From the human T2T-CHM13v2.0 reference genome, Homo sapiens, in assembly GCF_009914755.1 (NCBI RefSeq), contig NC_060932.1: DNA of 64,000 bases; one strand, 5' to 3'. The translations under genes were made by a program, and so were the position numbers. Each line of letters starts with the position of its first letter. Position 1 is the stretch's first letter. Of this stretch, positions 61,576 to 64,000 are shown piece by piece. The notes under the pieces are model-generated. The model saw only the letters and a list, made by a program, of their open reading frames with translations. It had not been told where the DNA came from and ran no database searches.

Positions 61576-63518
61576 TAAACAAATTCTTTATTGATGCAAA
61601 TGTAGACTGTTTCATTTTTCTTTCAGTAACATGCAATATAGTGATGAACACCTCTGTACATATCTTTCTATGAATATGCTCTATTGTTTCTTCTGGTAAA
61701 TTTCTAAAAATGGCGAATTGCCAATTCAATGGTATTTTAACACTCATCCAATAATGCATAAAACAAAAATTCTTACACGTTTTAGTTCTAAGGGCTTCTC
61801 ACATAATTGTAGTTTTCTAGGATAAATTCCCAACCTAAAAGTTTTCATTTAATCTATTTATTAGAAGGCATCCTAAATGGGTTGTAGAGTTAAAGTAAAT
61901 ATTCCATCAGGCAATGTCACAACACTTTAGAATGACAGAATGCTTAAAATAGAAAATTTAAGTTAGAACTTGTAAATGAGATATAATTATAACTCTCAAA
62001 AGGCAACCATGCTATAGTGACATGTCCAAGAGTAAATTCTTTCCAGCATTCTTAGTATTGATATAAATGTTCAAGTGGTGAGTATATGTTTCTGGAATGT
62101 TTAATGTTTCCATTGGCAGTTGGGTGGAGTTTGTTTTATTTTAGGGGAGCTATGCCATAGGTCAGTTAATACTGTCTTATGTCATTACAGCATTCCCTCA
62201 AACAGATTTGATAGGATATATGAAAGTTTTTGAAAAAGTGATCTAAACAGTTTAATCATAACAACTTTATGGAGCATTAACATTTTCATAAAACTTATGT
62301 AAGGAAGTGAGAGTCTGCCAGAAGCACAAAATGCTCTGTTAGCATATAGCTTGTGGACACTGATTTTTGCTGTAAAGTCTTTGACTTCATTTAAACTAAC
62401 TCACGACACATTACTGATCTAGTTTGTAAGCAAAACCACAGTCTATGAAAACCAGATTTCTTCACTACAAAGAAAGTAGTAGATTTTTTTTTCTCTCTCA
62501 TGGTAGATAGCCCCAGTTGAACAGAACAAAGAACATTACTTTTGTGTTTAGGAGAATTGCAGTTATGGATGAATGTATCAAGAGAGGGGCAAGGATATAT
62601 GTTTTAATCAGTGCATACCAGTGTCAAAAATGCAGGGTTTCTTCCATGCCATTGGCCATGTGGGGTTTATAGAAGAAGAAACTGTGCTTGGACTTATATC
62701 AGGACTATAACTCACTACAGTTTTTGGAAAAATGTGGGGAAATTCTATAGAAAAGACAGGTTTTGGTCAAGGGTTCACTTGCTAAACCATAATTCAGGTA
62801 GCACCATCTTAGCCCTTGCTTCTCTCACTTGAAAGCTTCGCAGGGGAGGATGGCATCTTTAGAATTAGTCAAAGGGGCTGTAGCATAAAACATAATTGTG
62901 GTTATTAGCCTTTTCTGGTTGACAGTTAAGTAACAGTTGTGGCAAGAAACAGAGACTATGATATATATATTGATGGTGAGTGTGCCAGGGTATCACTTAA
63001 AATGGCACCAGCACATTTTGGGGGTGGGAGTAGTTTAGCCTTTGTATATGTGAGGGGATTATTTTAAATATGTGATTTATACCACCTTTTTTTCTTATGA
63101 AAACATACTCTTTTTGAAGAGAAAAAGAAATATGCCCAAATAAATGCTATAACAGTACCATGACTTTCTTTATAAGAATTAGAAATCACTCTACAGAATG
63201 CCTTGAATTGCATGTCTATGAGCTATCTAGTGGCTATTTAATTCCAACTAAAGAAAGGGATACCAATCCTGTTTTCAACACAATTCTGAAATAGAATATT
63301 CATAAACCATTATACACATTATTAGTGAAACGGATAGATTATTATTCTTTAATTTTTACATATTTTGATGGTTTGACCAAGTGGGTAGTCTTTGAATTAC
63401 ACATCTGCATAACAGGGCAAAAGAACCATCTTCATATCTTTTTAATCCAAGCAAAATGATAACTGATAAATCCAAGGATATTTACAAAATTTCAAAAGCC
63501 AGAGAATCTGTGCATATG

Positions 63519-63527
63519 TCTTACCTT
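63519..63527 (-). promoter_or_regulatory. DLC1: 5' splice donor AAG|GTAAGA of the DLC1 exon
   Basis: Plus strand tcttacctt at 63519-63527; homology to DLC1 stops exactly at this point. Confidence 0.93.
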
Positions 63528-64000
63528 TCTCTTACGAAGTCTGACTTGGTTATCTGTGGGTTCCTGGGTGGCCAGGGTCTCCTTTAATTGTAAACACTGC
63601 ATGCCATCTTCTGCCTTGACCTTTGGTGGACTTTTGTTTTGATGTTGTGAAAAACCACTCTTCTCCAGGCCATTTTCAGCTGACATTCCATTGGGGCAGG
63701 AAGGAGGCTGCAGAAGGCAGCTTCCAAAATCTGTTTTTAATAATGGCAGTCCTCTGTTTGTGCAAGGAATATCCAAGAACTCATCGTGTACTACATTGCA
63801 GGTGCTTCTTTCATTTTCATCTTTAGGGGGGTCAGGTTTCCTTCGTTGCTGAGCAATTACAGCAGAGTTAAGCAATTGTTTCTCAGGTGCAATATCTTTC
63901 ACGTTCAAAGTATCCACTGCATTTACTTTGGGTGCATCTTTTATTTCACTTAAGCTTATTTCATTGCAAAGCTCCAGGCTTTTACTTATAGAGTCAGTAA
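63525..64000 (-). CDS. DLC1: DLC1 (Rho GTPase-activating protein 7) long-isoform N-terminal coding exon, 3' part; exon continues beyond window end
   Basis: Open frame from 63998 reads TDSISKSLELCNEISLSEIKDAPKVNAVDTLNVKDIAPEKQLLNSAVIAQQRRKPDPPKDENERSTC...QEPTDNQVRLRKRK, which I recognise as DLC1 isoform 1 (~aa184-341). It ends in phase 0 at a canonical AAG|GTAAGA donor. The ORF-track start (GTG) and tail VRHMHRFSGF are artefacts. Confidence 0.96.

Noticed and set aside
63492-63917. Stand-alone 141-aa gene
   Set aside because: Internal part of a DLC1 exon; the frame is open upstream and a splice donor precedes the stop

Overview
Human (or very close great-ape) genomic DNA from the DLC1 (ARHGAP7/STARD12) locus, with the gene on the minus strand. 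The only real coding sequence is 63525-64000, the 3' part of the large N-terminal coding exon of the long DLC1 isoform, which ends at an AAG|GTAAGA donor. The other ~63.5 kb is the following AT-rich intron. It is filled with Alus (~25), L1PA/L1M fragments, MaLR LTRs (THE1, MST, MLT1), an ERVL-type LTR, Tigger1/MER DNA transposons, L2/MIR relics and microsatellites. Nearly all other listed ORFs are repeat-derived or chance. I see no evidence of a novel gene system, CRISPR or RNA gene. The most interesting signals are mutational fossils. There are two locally templated duplications: a ~390-bp direct copy 3.2 kb from its donor and a ~110-bp inverted copy. There is also a nested fold-back palindrome at a (TA)n tract, a twin-primed inverted L1, an L1 apparently inserted at the same nick as an Alu, microhomology deletions in a THE1 provirus, and a GAA higher-order expansion in an Alu linker. 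Repeat subfamily calls are from memory of consensus sequences and most repeat boundaries are approximate.
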